Below, piece after piece: positions 43,127 through 57,949 of a stretch of 64,000 nucleotides of DNA (position 1 is its first letter; each line of letters begins with the position of its first letter). Both the position numbers and the translations under genes were made by a program. The DNA comes from Vicugna vicugna (taxonomy: Eukaryota), in assembly GCA_013265495.1 (NCBI GenBank), contig MU058384.1, forward strand, positions 6,196,792 to 6,260,791, read 5' to 3'. Under the pieces are notes generated by a model. The model was not told where the DNA came from. It did not search any database and worked only from the letters and a program-made list of their open reading frames with translations.

Positions 43127-45408
43127 TTAAAGATAGGTTTCTAACAACTCATTCATCTTCTAAACAGAAACAGATGCCTACACATTTTCTCCTAATTAAA
43201 CTGTTTCACATTTGTACTAGGAGCACGAGATGGACTCTTCCCACATGTCATCCCCTTCGTAATTCCTCCATTTTCTCAAATCGGTAGCAAGCTCTTGTGT
43301 ATTAATATGCTAAGAATAAACACCTTTGACTATAGGTAATTAAACTTTCATGATATAAAGATAACTGTTTTAATTTGCAAACTTTATGTTTCAAATTCCA
43401 AGTATGATGACAAGATATTGCTCTTCCTCCATGTTCATTCGAATAGAAATACAATGAAAATGAAGAAAAATGTGAAGTTCCAACCTTCATTTTCAAATTC
43501 TAAAATGCTATCCTTTTCTATGTCCTTTCATTTAATCAATCAGAGGAGTAGTTAAAAATACAGAGTCCAAAATGTTCTAGTAATAATTGGAATATACACA
43601 GAAAGCAAGGGTGATACTGTAACATTTAAAAAAATACATAAATGCAAGATACAGCAGCAATCAAATTTACAAATATATTTTAAATAATCAGAGATGGTAT
43701 TATTTTTGAGAAGAATTTAAAGGTGAAGGTCAGGTCCTATTAACAACATCTCAGCCAAACATGCAGCCCCAAACTGGAATAGATCCAAAAATTTGGAAGT
43801 TTCTCTTTCCTTTAACCATCTGCCTTGACTAAGACAGATGTATTGCAAATATATGGACTCTAAAGTGTTAAGGCAGTCCCTTCAGAGCCAATCCATACTG
43901 GGCAAGCACACAGAGTGTCTTTATTAGACCATCTGCTGTTCATTCACTTTTCAAAAAGATTAAAGTAGTACACAATGCAGCCCTGGAATTAGTTTAGTCT
44001 AATCAATCATAGTTATACTTCAAAGTACCACGTCCTTTCTAAGTTGTTCATAGTAATTCTGGAGCTAAGCTTTTAGCATTGTAAAAGTGACAAATAGGTT
44101 TAGGTTGCTAACTATTTTATGAAACACGATATATTTCTATATCCAAATGCTATTAAGTACCCTTATGATCTATTGTTTCATAAACACATAGAATTTAATG
44201 TATTTAAAATGCTATTTGGACTGGAAGCTCTGAGTATAGAGAATACACTAAAGTTTTCATAGCAATCGTGCAGAAAGTACACTTTCAAGAATATTATGAA
44301 TCAATTTTGAAAGTCACTGAATATAACTAGAGGTGTTATGTTCTAAATATTTTCAGCAACCAAAGTTTGAGCAAACTTGCTATGTCTGATTAACTAATGA
44401 ACCATTAATTTTCTACTTATTTATTAAAAACATGAAGAATGTTTAAAACTTTAAAATCAACTCAGTGAGGACAGTTTTTTTTAAAAAATCACACTTTGGA
44501 CATTAAATACATGTTACGTAATAGCAACAGTATATTCCACAGGAAATTCAGTCGCATTCATTAATTCACAGTAGCAAATACTCTGCTTAGGAGAAATCTA
44601 GTTAAGTAAAGCTTAACTCCAGATTTACTGTCTCGTATTTATAAAGCATCATGTGGCACACTCAAAACTTGGACTATACTCATCAGTTATTCTCAGGATT
44701 GTAAAACATAAGGCTTTCTAAAGAGACATCAAATAATGAAAAGAAACACTCACTATAGCTGCTTTTATTGAATTAGCCAAAGAGCAAAATTATTTCAGAA
44801 GAAACCCTCAGATAAACGAACACAATTTTGAATATATAAGATGCTTCTCCCCTCTAATGAATGAATCTAGACATCATTAGAATAGTGTACCCATAATAGA
44901 ATAAAGGTTCAAACTTAAAAATTTCGTATTAATGTCTGTATGTTCATCTTCCAAGTAGAATACAAGACCTTTGACTCAGAAAACTAAGATGTTCACATAA
45001 AACTTAAGAGTTTACGCTTCTTAACTAAAATGTGTATATTTTATTGTAAGCAATAAATCTGTAGACAACTGAAAACAACATTGGATTAAAGTGAGCTGAG
45101 ATTATGCTGATCAAAGTAAAGACTGTTTCTACACAGAGCAGCCTAATTTCCAGTGTAATTTCTAGAATACCATGCACAAATTTAGGAGACATTCTTTTTA
45201 TTCCCCATTGTCATTTAATTAATCAAGAGGTGTTATGCAAAGAATTCATTATACACCTTCACATCTGCATACAAAATAAGCAAAAGTGCTTATCTTCAAA
45301 AAGTCTTGAAAATTAATTAAAACACCTTTTTAATGAATATACCAAGTTTTCATAGGGTGCTGTCAAGCAATTTTAAGGTTTTACTCTTCTTATTTTAAGA
45401 CTTTAGAT

Positions 45409-45644
45409 CAATGACTCTCAATGAGATGAGAGATGAGGGATGAGGGGAGGGGGTGGGTGGAAATTTTGCCAGCCAGGGGACATTTAAATGCCTGGAGACA
45501 TTTTCGGTTGTCACAACTGAGGAATGCTATTGTCAGCTTTGGCTGGATGCCAGGGATGCTGCTAAACACCTTACGATGCAGAGAACAGCTCCCCCACAAC
45601 AAGAAATTAGCCAGGTTTTGAACAGTGGTGCTGCTGAGAATCTG
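45409..45644. mobile_element. MER20-like hAT-Charlie MITE
   Basis: ggggacatttaaatgcctggagacattttcggttgtcacaact...cagggatgctgctaaacaccttac. Confidence 0.85.
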
Positions 45645-45654
45645 TCCGATTAAA

Positions 45655-45850
45655 TCTGGTCCATGATGTTGGAATTGTTCTATATCTGAGTTGCCTAATA
45701 CGGAAGCCACTAAAAAACCCACACACATCTATTAAATACTTGAAGTATGACTGATGTAATTAGATAAAACATTTTTGCTTTTACCAAATATTAGTTAATT
45801 AGACTAAATAGCCATCTATGGCCAGTGGCTACTTACATTGGACAGCACAG
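45655..45850. mobile_element. MER3-like MITE
   Basis: gatgttggaattgttctatatctg...tagccatctatggccagtggctac..attggacagcacag. Confidence 0.75.
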
Positions 45851-47186
45851 CCCTGGATAATTCTTAACACTGGGAAACTATTTGTGAATAGAATATGAGC
45901 AAATTTCAGACAGCATGATGGTTAACACCTACTTCTTTTTCCATCTTTATATTTTCCAGTGGGGTATTAGAGAAAGGACTCCTGGACTGACTGGGTCATC
46001 ACTCCAGACTCATTTACACCAGTGACCCCCTGTGAGGCCCTGACCGTGTGGCCTTAACCACCTTTACCTTCTCTGTGCCTAGGTATAGTTTCTCATAAAA
46101 TGGATCGGAGGTCTCTGAAATGCCTTCTGGAACTAGCATCCCATAATTTTCTCATTCAGCTTTCATTAACTTGTGGTATACTATTTAAGTATGTCAGCAA
46201 ATACTTAATTTCATTCCTATCCTTAAAAACCATGATCATATGCATTTACTTTGAAGAAAGTTCACAACAGTTATGGTGAGTAATACGAATGTTAGAGCAA
46301 GTGGGTACCTATTATCTCCTGGGAGGCAAGCGAATCATCAAAAAGGATGTGAATTAGGACATATGTGTCTGTATACAAAGTGTCTAAGTTACTACTTCTT
46401 TCTGCTTGGAGCACTAATATTTATGTGAATACATGGCAGCTGCTTCCAATCAGTGCAAACCAATGAAACGGGATCATCTGTATCTATAAAAATCAAATAT
46501 ATGCTACAAGGGCATTTTACTCAAAGATTTACCTCAACTCTTTTTACCTGAGAGGCATACCCACGTGAAATCCTTGTATATGAGAACATGAATAAATATC
46601 AAATGTATCGGAGGAGAATAACAGAACCGAGATTTAATTATCACAAATACTTTTTTGGGTTCAATGTTCATCTTTCTGCTAAACAAATTCCTCCTCAGGT
46701 TAAAGAAAAAAAATCCTTTCATCAGATAATAAACCAAACAAAATATTAAACTTAAAAAAAAAAACCTTTAAGTCAACTTAATGCATGTCCTTCGCTTCCA
46801 CCTGGGAGTTATCAGGTCCTTCTATTTAAAAAGGATTGATGTTTAAAGACATGCTATTGTTCTCTCTGAAGCATCTGAGTGAAAGTGGTGCTCTCAGAGG
46901 CTGGGTTCTAATGCAACCAGCATGTGCTCTCCCTCAGCCCATTAACCTTTAATACTTGTCACTCAGCTGCTTACACAGGAGGATTTTTTTTTTTCAACCC
47001 AGAGAGGAAACAAGGTTATTTAGGAGGAATCAAACGGATAGTTTTACATCTCGAATGTTGCCGAAAAGGCAGTTTTTATGTCATTTAAAAGGCGAGTTGA
47101 AGGAACAAAGTCAACTATTACAACCTGATTATTAAATTAAACATGCATAAAACAACTATGAAAGAAGCCTGCTCGGCTTCTTCCTA

Positions 47187-47576
<390 letters not shown>

Positions 47577-49059
47577 CTACTAGTGGTCTTTCTAGCTACC
47601 ATGGGCATGCAAGAGAAAACCTGAGAGGTTGATGAGGAGAAGTTTGTTAATTTAGCTCCTACATGGACATGCATTTACAGAGGATTCAATCTAAAAATCC
47701 CCTGCCTAAGCTGGTGCGCTTGAATCTGGCTTTTAAAGGCAGTCAGCCTTATAAAGTGAAACAGCAGTACATGAATTTGCATTTTTAACTCACCTAAGCA
47801 CACTCTGATATTATAATCAAAAGGCAGAAAGAAGGAATCATCGGCCAGTGTTTAGCACATTAAATCCAAATCATAACAAAGAGATTTACTGCTTACATTT
47901 TATTCTTCCCAAGAGGACGTTAAAAAAAAAAAAAAGACTGCCTAAGAGTACAATGAAGGCATATGCAAATACAGAAACCATGGGTGTATTCATATGATGG
48001 GTGAAAAATGAGTCATTCAGTCAATTTCTGCTCTACGCAAAGCTGAAGAACCACACGGTGCTGGACTTCCTATTTTAATGGTATAACAATTTTTAATACA
48101 TTATAGAGACAAGCATAGAATAAGAGAAGGTTTCTACCACAGGAAGTATATCTTCTGAAAACTCCTTCATATATTACTTCTCCTCTGAGGTGGTATATTT
48201 TGGCAAAATCCTCACTTGGCACCGATGTGGCCTGGTACACATTATTGTCATTCTTAGATGTAAGGAGTTTGGCCGGGGCAGTGAAAAAGCCGCTACCCAT
48301 TTTGTCACACCATATTTTCCCCTTGTGGGCAAGGCTCTGATACATGTATCACAGCAGCAAGGGAATAAACTAAATAACTTTCTACTTAACACCTCTTATG
48401 TTTCCTGGTCATAAATGGAATGATACAGTTAAAAAACTCAGAAGCAAGCAGAAACCTATAATGAACAAAGCTGGTGACTAAACCAACCACGGACAAATGT
48501 GGCAAAAAGAATAGTGGGGTCAAGAGCAGAGCATGCCCAACAACCAGGCAAGGCAGCAACGTTATTCTGTTAGAAAAGCAATTAATGATGGAGAAACATG
48601 CACTAATGATTATGTTCCCTTCCCACATCAAGAGAATCGGCCAGAGCCTCCCTCTGTGAGCTCTGGGGTTCATTTACTATCCGTGATTTAATAACGTTGT
48701 GATGATTTGCTGGAAGGTTCAGAGTAGAAGTGTAACGGCTGGAAAGAGGACGTAAAGACACTTGGATTACTTCTCCCAGCAAGAGGGGAATTTAAGATTG
48801 ACCTAGTGTTCAACAGCAGCAATAGTCTAAGGAGTCGGGTCTAATTATTTGTATGATGATAAATGATGAATTGGTGGTTATTACTTGTCATTACTAATAC
48901 TTGATAGGAGTCCATATTATGACTGTAGCTGACCACTGATTATATTTACACTGCAAAATTATTTACTACTACATAACTATTTATCAAATGTTTACTATGT
49001 GCTGGGCTACTTACATTTAGTTAATCCTTAAAAGAACCCGACTGATATGAACAAATATA

Positions 49060-49271
49060 TCCTTTTTTTTCATTTTTTTAAACTGAAGTATAGTCAGTTT
49101 ACAATGTTGTTTCAACTTCTGGTATACAGCACAATAGTTCAGTCATACATATATATACATATATTTGTTTCATATTCTTTTTCATTATAGGTTACTATAA
49201 GAAATTGAATATAGTTCCATATGCTATATAGCAGAAACTTCTTGTTTATCTATTTTATATGTAGTAGTTAG
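49060..49271 (-). mobile_element. L1 3' end, sense to EYA4, inserted in a MIR
   Basis: Poly(T) then tgaagtatagtcagtttacaatgttgt...; imperfect TSD tatat(a)cctttt. Confidence 0.85.
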
Positions 49272-49659
49272 TATATACCTTTTTTATACAGTGAAAAGGA
49301 AACTGAAGTTCAGGTGGGATGAGGAACCTGGATAAATTCCACCACAGGATGTGACAGAACTAAGATTTGAACCCAGGTTTTTTGTTCTAACATCCATGAT
49401 CTCTCCACCATAACACGCTGCCTTCACGTATGAAAACGGGTGATGGTCATGACACTGACTCTTCAGAAAGGCTCAGAGATTGAAAGAATGGGACTATCTC
49501 CTCGACAGAGTAAAGGAACACTTTATTAAAGGTGAAAACTGAAAAATCTGGAAACAGGCTACTAAAGTATTTTCTCCTTTTTTCCTCATGAAATATTTTG
49601 AAAGACAACAAGAAGTAGCAAATCTGAAAGCAGGTGATAAGAGCACACACTCCAAAGGC

Positions 49660-49885
49660 ACTTGACACGTTCCAGGCACGGCTGCTGCGCTTTGTGAGAT
49701 CTTAACTCATTTATTCCTCACAATGATCATAAGAGATGAATAATATCATCATCTTCATTTTTCAGCTGAGGAAACTGAGGCACAAGGAGACTAAATAATA
49801 TGCCTATAGTCACACAGCTTTTAAGAGCTAGAATTTGAGACCAGGTGGTACAGTTTCAGAATCCAAACTCTAAATCATACTGCCT
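49660..49885 (-). mobile_element. MIR relic
   Basis: ctcatttattcctcacaa...cattttttcagctgaggaaactgaggcaca. Confidence 0.78.
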
Positions 49886-50820
49886 CAGAGGCAGCACTAA
49901 GTAACCAAGAACTCCCTGCGTCTGAACAGAGATGATCCAGAGGAGCGTTTAGAAAGGTGGAAAAGGTACCCTCTGTGATGCAGTGTCCACTTTTGACTTT
50001 CAACACGTGACAAAAAAGAATCGTTCAGAGCCTCCAGCAAAACTAAGGCAAGACAGTTTTTTGGAATTTCCAAACTCTGATAGTGGCTAAATTCAATTGA
50101 TCAATACTAATGATAATATATATGTCACTTGTGAATTGGGGAGAGGGGGGCAGAATGTCTATAAAACTAGTCTAGAAGCCAGACATGAGGATTAGTCCCG
50201 TTACTTTGGATCCCAGCTTTGAGATTTGATTTTAAAACCTTGGTGTTGATTATAATCTCAATTTGAAAGTTTCAGGTGGTCAAAAGGAGAAGGAAAAAAA
50301 GCCAGAGGGTTTGTGGTTGCATTCATTATCCCGGAGTCATCTCTCATTAAAATTTTAACGGTCTGCATTTAGTCAAAGACAGACAAAGAAGGGTCATTTA
50401 ACTGAGAAAAGGCATCCTTAGAAAGCATATAAAGGGAAGTAAACATACCAGGCTGTGTTCAGTGTACTAAAAAACATGCATTTAAAAGTAATAATTAAAT
50501 GGAAGCTAACATTTGGGGGAACTGGTGCAAATTAATGCAAATTTATTTTTCATATGCAGGTAAGAGTAGAACAAAAGGGAAGGGGGGGGATTAATTATGG
50601 TGCTACAGAAAATAGGTTTGCACGAGGTGAGCATCAACAAACATCTCTTGAGCTCCAAGTAAGATGCAGAGTTCTTCTGAGTTGATTTTTATAGAGAAAG
50701 AAAGTAATATTAAGTAATAATAATTTTTTTTCAGGAAAAGAAAACTCAGAAGTGAAATTAGCTGATTTATTAAAAAGATGTTAAAATACAAAGAAGTATT
50801 TATAACACAGCATAATACTT

Positions 50821-50930
50821 ACACTAATTACCTGCTTTATAAATATTAATACAAATGTACTTAATATTTATAAAACATGTAACTAGTAATACAAATGTAC
50901 TTAATATTTACAAAATAGGTAATTAGTATA
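50821..50930. repeat. 40-bp tandem duplication overlapping an AT-rich inverted repeat
   Basis: Units at 50847-50886 and 50887-50926; 50824-50849 is approximately the reverse complement of 50901-50926. Confidence 0.85.
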
Positions 50931-53008
50931 AACATTATGATAATTACAAAGTTTGAAAAATGGAAGTCATTTCCATTTTTCTAAAAGTCCGAATATATCT
51001 GAAATGTATTCTATTTTCTTTGGTCTTGTGTTTGTTTCCATACTTTAAATGAGACATACCATATACTTTTCCAGTGGCAGGAAATTTTTTTCATTTAGTA
51101 CGTGCAAGGCACTACTGGAAAGATATTTATCAATAAAGCAAATCCAGTTTTACACATCTCACTATTTCCTAAAATTTGTAAAAACCTCATTCCAAATGAT
51201 TATGTGTATATGTTCACTCTCATGTTCAAATGTACTTTTTAACTGTATTTTATTTTTCTTAAATTAACACAGAGGTTAAACAGAGCTTTTTACTTATTTT
51301 TAGGACAGTGTCCAATATCATTACATGCTATAAAGTGGAAAGAAAAGCCTATAGGAGAAAAGCATCACATTTTTCAACAAAATTCAAACATACAAAATAA
51401 ACATTGTGATTTCAAAAGCAGTGATCATAGCTTAATGTCTTAGCCTAATGAGTTTTTTGGTTTTATTCTTCTACATGCTCAAAATAAGTAATTTATCTCC
51501 CTAAAGATGGGATGAAATAACTATACACATATAGCACTTTGTACAAAACCATTACTTTAAGAAACAATTACAGTCAGACTCCCTCCACACTAGCAACTTA
51601 GGTGTTTTTCATAAAGCCAAATAGTTTAAAAAAAAAAACGGAAAAGTAATTTTATTATATTGATACAATTGGATTTTATTTTTAACGTTTAAAAATAATT
51701 GATATCTACAGACTAAAGCAAGATTGTAATGTGATTATTGTCAGGTGTCAGCTATGGCTACTAAATCCTGATTTTTGCTCTTCACATCCTAACCTTCACC
51801 TATAGCCTCATATACATATTTCCAAAGCAAATTTAACCTTGTCTCTTCAGATTATCTTTAGAATTCAAGTACAACATTAATGTATACTAATTGTTTTTAG
51901 AGGAAGTCTGTGTTATCATAACCCAATGTTCATGTTCATTTGTTGCAATATTGGGCTTAACTCTTGAGAGAGAAGGTAATCCAAGTAATTTACGTATTAC
52001 ATTTCATCTTCAAAAATCTGTTTAAACTGGTGTCCACTTAAAAGACTACATATGTAATTCCAAATACACGCCTTTCTGAACCACAAAATCTTACATAGCC
52101 ATGTCTGACAGCTTAGGTTCTACAAAGAATTTTAGGAGTTAGATGAAGAAGGACCCAATTTATAACACAGCAGGGAAGAAAGAAGCATTGCCTACCCAGT
52201 TTTAATAATTGGTACAGCCTGACTTATGTTTCTCTACCTCAGTTTTTTCACTCCAAAACCTATGAACACCAAATGTCTTTTATTTCTAAATATCCAGACA
52301 GTATTTAGTTTTGTAAAATAATTTGAAGCTTCTAATTTATGGCTTTCATGCCAAACAGAAAATCTAAAAAGAACAGAGCCACAACAGTAGGAGGCTCTAT
52401 TGCACAAACACATACTATTCAGAAGCAAATTCATTCCATGTGAGTCAATCATCTACACATTAAAAATTCTGGGAGATTCTTTTCCATGATCTATAGATTT
52501 CAAATATAGAGAATATCATAAACCTGATCAGAATGTCTGATCTTGGGTCCCCCAAATGCTCTCTTTGAAGTATTTTCTTAATCTCCATGTAGAATCAAGT
52601 ATTCCCTCCCTCTGCTGAGCACCCACCTTGAACACATTATGCACTCATTATTTTCTTTTCTGTTTCCCTCTGCTAGACTTTTGGTCCCTTGATGGCTAGT
52701 ATCATGTTCTATAGGTCATTGGATTCCTATTTCTTAGCACAGAGCCTGGCATATAATAGGAACTTGATACATTTTAAGTGAGAAAATGAAAGTTCACTTT
52801 CAGACCCTATCCTAAGCACTCCCAATAAATCTAAGTATTTTTGTATACAAAGTATAGCTAATCACGTATCTTGACACCATTAGGAAAATCAGAATCTTAC
52901 TCCTATATCTGGAGGTAACTTTTCACCTGACTGCCGTGCATTTACATGCATATATGTATATATACATGAAGTAAGTGTACACATGAAGTAGCATATATGA
53001 ATTTGTAT

Positions 53009-53323
53009 CAGTGGTTAGCAAACGACACCTCAAGTGTCAAGTCTCCCCACGGCCCATTTCTGTATAGCCCATGAGCCAAGAATGGCTTACAGTTTTTAAT
53101 AGTTGAAAACATCAAAAAAGGGTAATTTTATGAAATTCAAATTTCAGGGTTCAGAGATCAAGTTTTATTTAAATATGATCAAGCTCATTTGTTTACATAT
53201 TGTCTATGGCTGCTTTTGTGCAATGAAAGCAGAAATGAATCATTACAACAGGGACCATATGGCCTGCAACGCTGAAAACTATTTACTATCTGACCCTTCA
53301 CAGAAAAAGTTTGTTGACTACTG
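53009..53323. mobile_element. MER58B-like hAT-Charlie element
   Basis: cagtggttagcaaac...ctcatttgtttacatattgtctatggctgctttt...tttactatctgacccttcacagaaaaagtttg. Confidence 0.85.
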
Positions 53324-54399
53324 GTCTATATGTTAAGGTATGATTGTATTTATTCTATTTTTATTGATAGTTCTACATTTTAACAATTTTACAAGTGATA
53401 AAAATTTAAAGGAAAATCTAGGTTCCAAAATAAATCTGCAGATGTAATTCTATAATTAGGATTAAGGTGACAAGACGTTCTAAATTACTTTAAAGAATAA
53501 TGTAATATATTTAAACAACACCAAGGTAGTACGGTAAGATATTAAGGCAATATAAACTCATTCGTATTAGTAAAAACTATTAAAATTATCTTTTTGGAAA
53601 TCTCAAAATTAATGGAAAGATCTTGAAAAGCCACTAAATCAGCCTTTGCTTTTTGTTTTATTACAATAATTTAAAAAAGTGATCCAATTCCAACAATGAA
53701 ACCCAGAATTATAAATAAAATAGTTTACTCTCAATAGGAAACACTGTGCACCAAATGCTTAGTTTGTCTTATAAACACATGGCATAAAGAGTCATTAAAA
53801 TTTATTAAATATTTCATACAATTATGCCACTGAGACTATCTCATTAATAAAAGTATACTTAACATTTTGTTCCTAAAAGTTTGCCTCTATGGCCAGCTTA
53901 CATGTTCTAAATGCAGAATTTATCTGACCAAAAACTGGAGAGTCTTTTAACATACTGCATGTTTATATTTTTCTTTAAAAAATGTTGCTTAATTATTATT
54001 GATTTATTAATTAAGGAAGAGGAAATATATTGGTTTATATTGCCAAGAAATTTACATACATTATATAATTTAAAACAAAAGCCTTGCCAGAGGCTTTTGC
54101 CAGCCTCCTTTTATAGAAAGGAATTACAGCTCAGAGAGGTTAAGTAACTTGTCTAAGATGACACAGCTAGTAAATACAGTGCCAAGCTTCAGAACTACGG
54201 TCCTCCCGACCCAGAAGTCCTTGTTTTTCCCACAGGATCACACAACTTACAACATTAATACTAAAAACCAGGAAAACCTAATGTTTAACCCTTAGAAAAA
54301 TGTTTCTGTTTGAGATTAGACGTAAATGACTAAATACTGATTTTATATATCCACTATTGTAAAGTTGCCTGTATTACATTAATACTTCAGAACAGAACA

Positions 54400-54655
54400 A
54401 CAGCCAGTGAACTAAGAATGTTTTTTACATCTTAAATGTTAAAAAAAAAAAAAGAAATTAGAATATTTTCTGACATATGATAATTACATGAAATTTAAAT
54501 TTCAGGGCCCATAAATCAAATTTTATTGGCACCTGACCATGTTCATTTATTTATGTATTGCCTATGGCTGCTTTTGAGCGTAGATAAAACAGAAGCAGCA
54601 CAGCCTACAAAGCCTAAAATAGTTCCTGTTTGGCCTTTTACATAAAAAGACCCTT
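54400..54655. mobile_element. Second, partial MER58B-like element
   Basis: aactaagaatgttttttacat...gaaatttaaatttcag...cctatggctgctttt...aaagcctaaaata. Confidence 0.75.
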
Positions 54656-55538
54656 GAGTTAGAATTCAGAAGAACAAAATTCTGGCAACATATTTTTTAG
54701 GTATGAAAAAGTATATTTTAAGAATGGAGTTGAAAAAAATTGAACTAAAACTATAAAATTTAACGAATGGGCACAACGGAGTACTCTTCATTCGCTGATC
54801 ATATATTCTAATATACCGCAAAGTCCAGCCAGTCTGTGCCTATTTGAACTGCTTGCTTGTAATGCACTTTTCTAATAGGTCCTGAGCTCTTCTTTTTAAT
54901 CCTAGAATTGGGTGGTTCCACAGTAGTGTTATGTGGTTTTGTTTTAATTTTTAAATTTTGATAGCATGTTAACTTCTGGTTTAGAAGAAAGTTTATTTAT
55001 ATTATATGTATATAATATATGAATGTGGTTAATACCTATAGTTCAAACACTTTAAGAGACTTTGTAATTTTAAATGTATAGCTTTCATCACTGGTAATTA
55101 TTTTAAATGATGGGCTTTTAAATGTTACTGTTACTCTAAGTATTTTAATTGGGTTATTTATCAAAGTCTGTAAAATATGAAAGATCTTTTTGCCACGTTA
55201 CGCATTTAATTTAAATTATGGCAGGCCATAGGCTATGGAGATTGAGTGTGTATATACGGGCATGATCTGCTTCTACTGCTCTTACTGATGTGACAATTGG
55301 GCTGATTAACCACTTAATAAACTGATAAGTAGTTGGAAAAATAATAGATGTACCTATTTGTGCAATATTATGAAAAATCTAAGAATACTACTGATCTAAG
55401 ATTAGAATACTAGTTGATAAAAAAAAATAGTCAACTGTTATCAATAAACACATAAAGGCATGTTCATGTCTCCATTTTCTTTACAAGTACTGAACACGGA
55501 GAAGGGAGTGCACACAGAAATAGCAAGAGAGCCAATCA

Positions 55539-55685
<147 letters not shown>

Positions 55686-57045
55686 TCATTGTCTGAATGC
55701 CCACTCGGTGTACGAGAATAGTTTTCAGTGCTTGTGCTGGTTTCTGACCCTTTTGCCAAAATTACAACTGCATGGTATGACTTTCACATTTTAGTTTATC
55801 AGGTCTGTTTTAGTGCAGTTAAATATATATACGTGTTGATTAGTAAACTTCAAAGTCTGATTCCAGAGTGCAAGGGGCTTTTAAAAATCTTATTATTTGT
55901 ATCCAAGTTAAGGTTTAAATATAAATGTTCTTACCCCATATTATCACCAAACAATCTTATAAAATTTGCAATCCTGCAATTAATTGGCTGAAATTACAGA
56001 TGCATGTTTAGAGACAAATAAACACTATAAACAGGGAAAATGTTAATCTACAAAGAGTTTTGTGTAAAAGATTATTAAATACAGGCAAGTTGCAATCCAC
56101 ACAACTTTACAAAGAGAATTTTAGATTTCACAGTTATTCTGAAATAAGTGGAAAGAGGTGTATCAGTTTCATAAATATTGAAAAATTCAAAGAAAATATG
56201 ATGTGGCAAATGCTGATTTTTAATAAATAGGAATAGCTTATAAATTAAAATAATTTTCAAATAATTTTTCACTCATTGACTAAAACAATCTACAAAACTT
56301 CAAAATTGTGAATAATTTAAAATGCAGCTTATATACGTGTCTGTGTATAAGCTTTCTAAATATACATATTCTGATGCAAAAGTTGAATCATATTTTCTGA
56401 CAGATTGAATGCATTTTATAAACACAGCAGGGCAGAATATTTGAAATAGCTATCACCACTGCCATATGCTGTGACATAATCATGGGCTACTCAAATGAAA
56501 ATGTATCTGGGAAAAATTTCAACTCCTATTTTAAATTCATGTTAGGTATTTCTCTCTTTGAAAAGAAAATGCAGCAGATAAGGTCATTTATTTTTCTATT
56601 CCCAAAAACATTTTTAAGAAAAACCATTTTAAAAAACAATTGAGGGGAGCCTTTCTCTTACAATTCAAAACAAAACCCAAAGCTAGTATAATTTCTTTTC
56701 CTTCTTTTTTTTTTAAAGATCAAAGTGTAAATCCTTTGGCCATATTTTCTACATTTTTTAAAATATTTACTAAGGCAAATACAAAAAAAAAGCCTTGCTA
56801 AAGACATTCAAAATGTTGCTCAGGGCTATCTATTCTTTCTCAATGTTTTCAAGTATAGAAGAGGAGCAAAAATTTCAAGAAAATCAACAGAACAATAAAC
56901 AATCCATTAACTATCTATTACTTGAGGGTAACACTGACTTATGTTATTGCTAATGAAATATTTACTTATTAGTAGATCCCTAATGTGTGAAATTACAGCA
57001 AACACTGAAATGTGATTCTAGGTGTCTTCAGGGTTGTACACTTAC

Positions 57046-57170
57046 CTCCTGTCCCATTTGTGGTGACTGATGTGCTGCTGAGATTAGTTTTCTCCAGTTT
57101 GGAGCTACCCGGAGTATCACCACCTCCAACCAGAGGATGAGGACTTGCTAGGTCCTGCACTTCCATAGAC
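57046..57170 (-). CDS. EYA4: EYA4 exon 4 (125 nt): [41 protein letters not shown]
   Basis: Acceptor cactaacag|G, donor GAG|gtaagt; translated by hand. Confidence 0.96.
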
Positions 57171-57559
57171 CTGTTAGTGCAGGAAGCAGCAGAGAGAAAA
57201 CTGAAATTTCAGCAATGATTTCTTAATAAACTACATACATCATTCTACCGAGCATGTATGTGATCTCACAGCAATAGGAATTGAAACTTGTAGCTAAGCC
57301 TTTTTGGTTGACCACGTGAACGTGTCAGTCCATCAAAAATTAATAAGTAACACTTTCATGGAAGTTAAGCCTCATAATTTGTTACTTGTAATAACCAGAC
57401 AGAAACTCAGATTTACAGGAAGGAAGAGTAACAGAAAGATAAATTTATAGATAAATACAAAAGATTATCTTATTTTTCTCTTAATTCTTGAAAGACAGCC
57501 AACTGCACAACGTATAATATCGTATAGAAGGAAAATACATGACAACATTACCACAAAGG

Positions 57560-57910
57560 AGGAATGCCAGAGGGTAATGGGGAAGAGATGAATAGACAGA
57601 GCACGGAGAACTTTTAGGACAGTGAAAGTACTCTGTATGATACTGTAAGGAGAGCTATATGTCATTATACATTTGTCCAAACCCACAGAATGTACAACAC
57701 AAGAATTGACCTTAAGTTAAACGATGGACTCCAGGGTATTATGATGGGTCGACGTGGGTTCGTCCTTGGTAACAAATGCACCATTCATGTGAGTGCGGCT
57801 GGTACTGAGGGAGCTTGTGCATGTGTGGGGCAGGGGGTAGGTGGGAACTCTCTGCACCTTCCTCTCAATTTTGTTATAAATGTGAAACTGCTCTAAAAAA
57901 TAAAATCTTA
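57560..57910 (+). mobile_element. L1MC-like 3' UTR
   Basis: gtcattatacatttgtccaaacccacagaatgtacaacac...aaactgctctaaaaaataaa. Confidence 0.82.
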
Positions 57911-57949
57911 GGAAAAAATCAAATCAAAATATTTGGTATACAAATAAAG

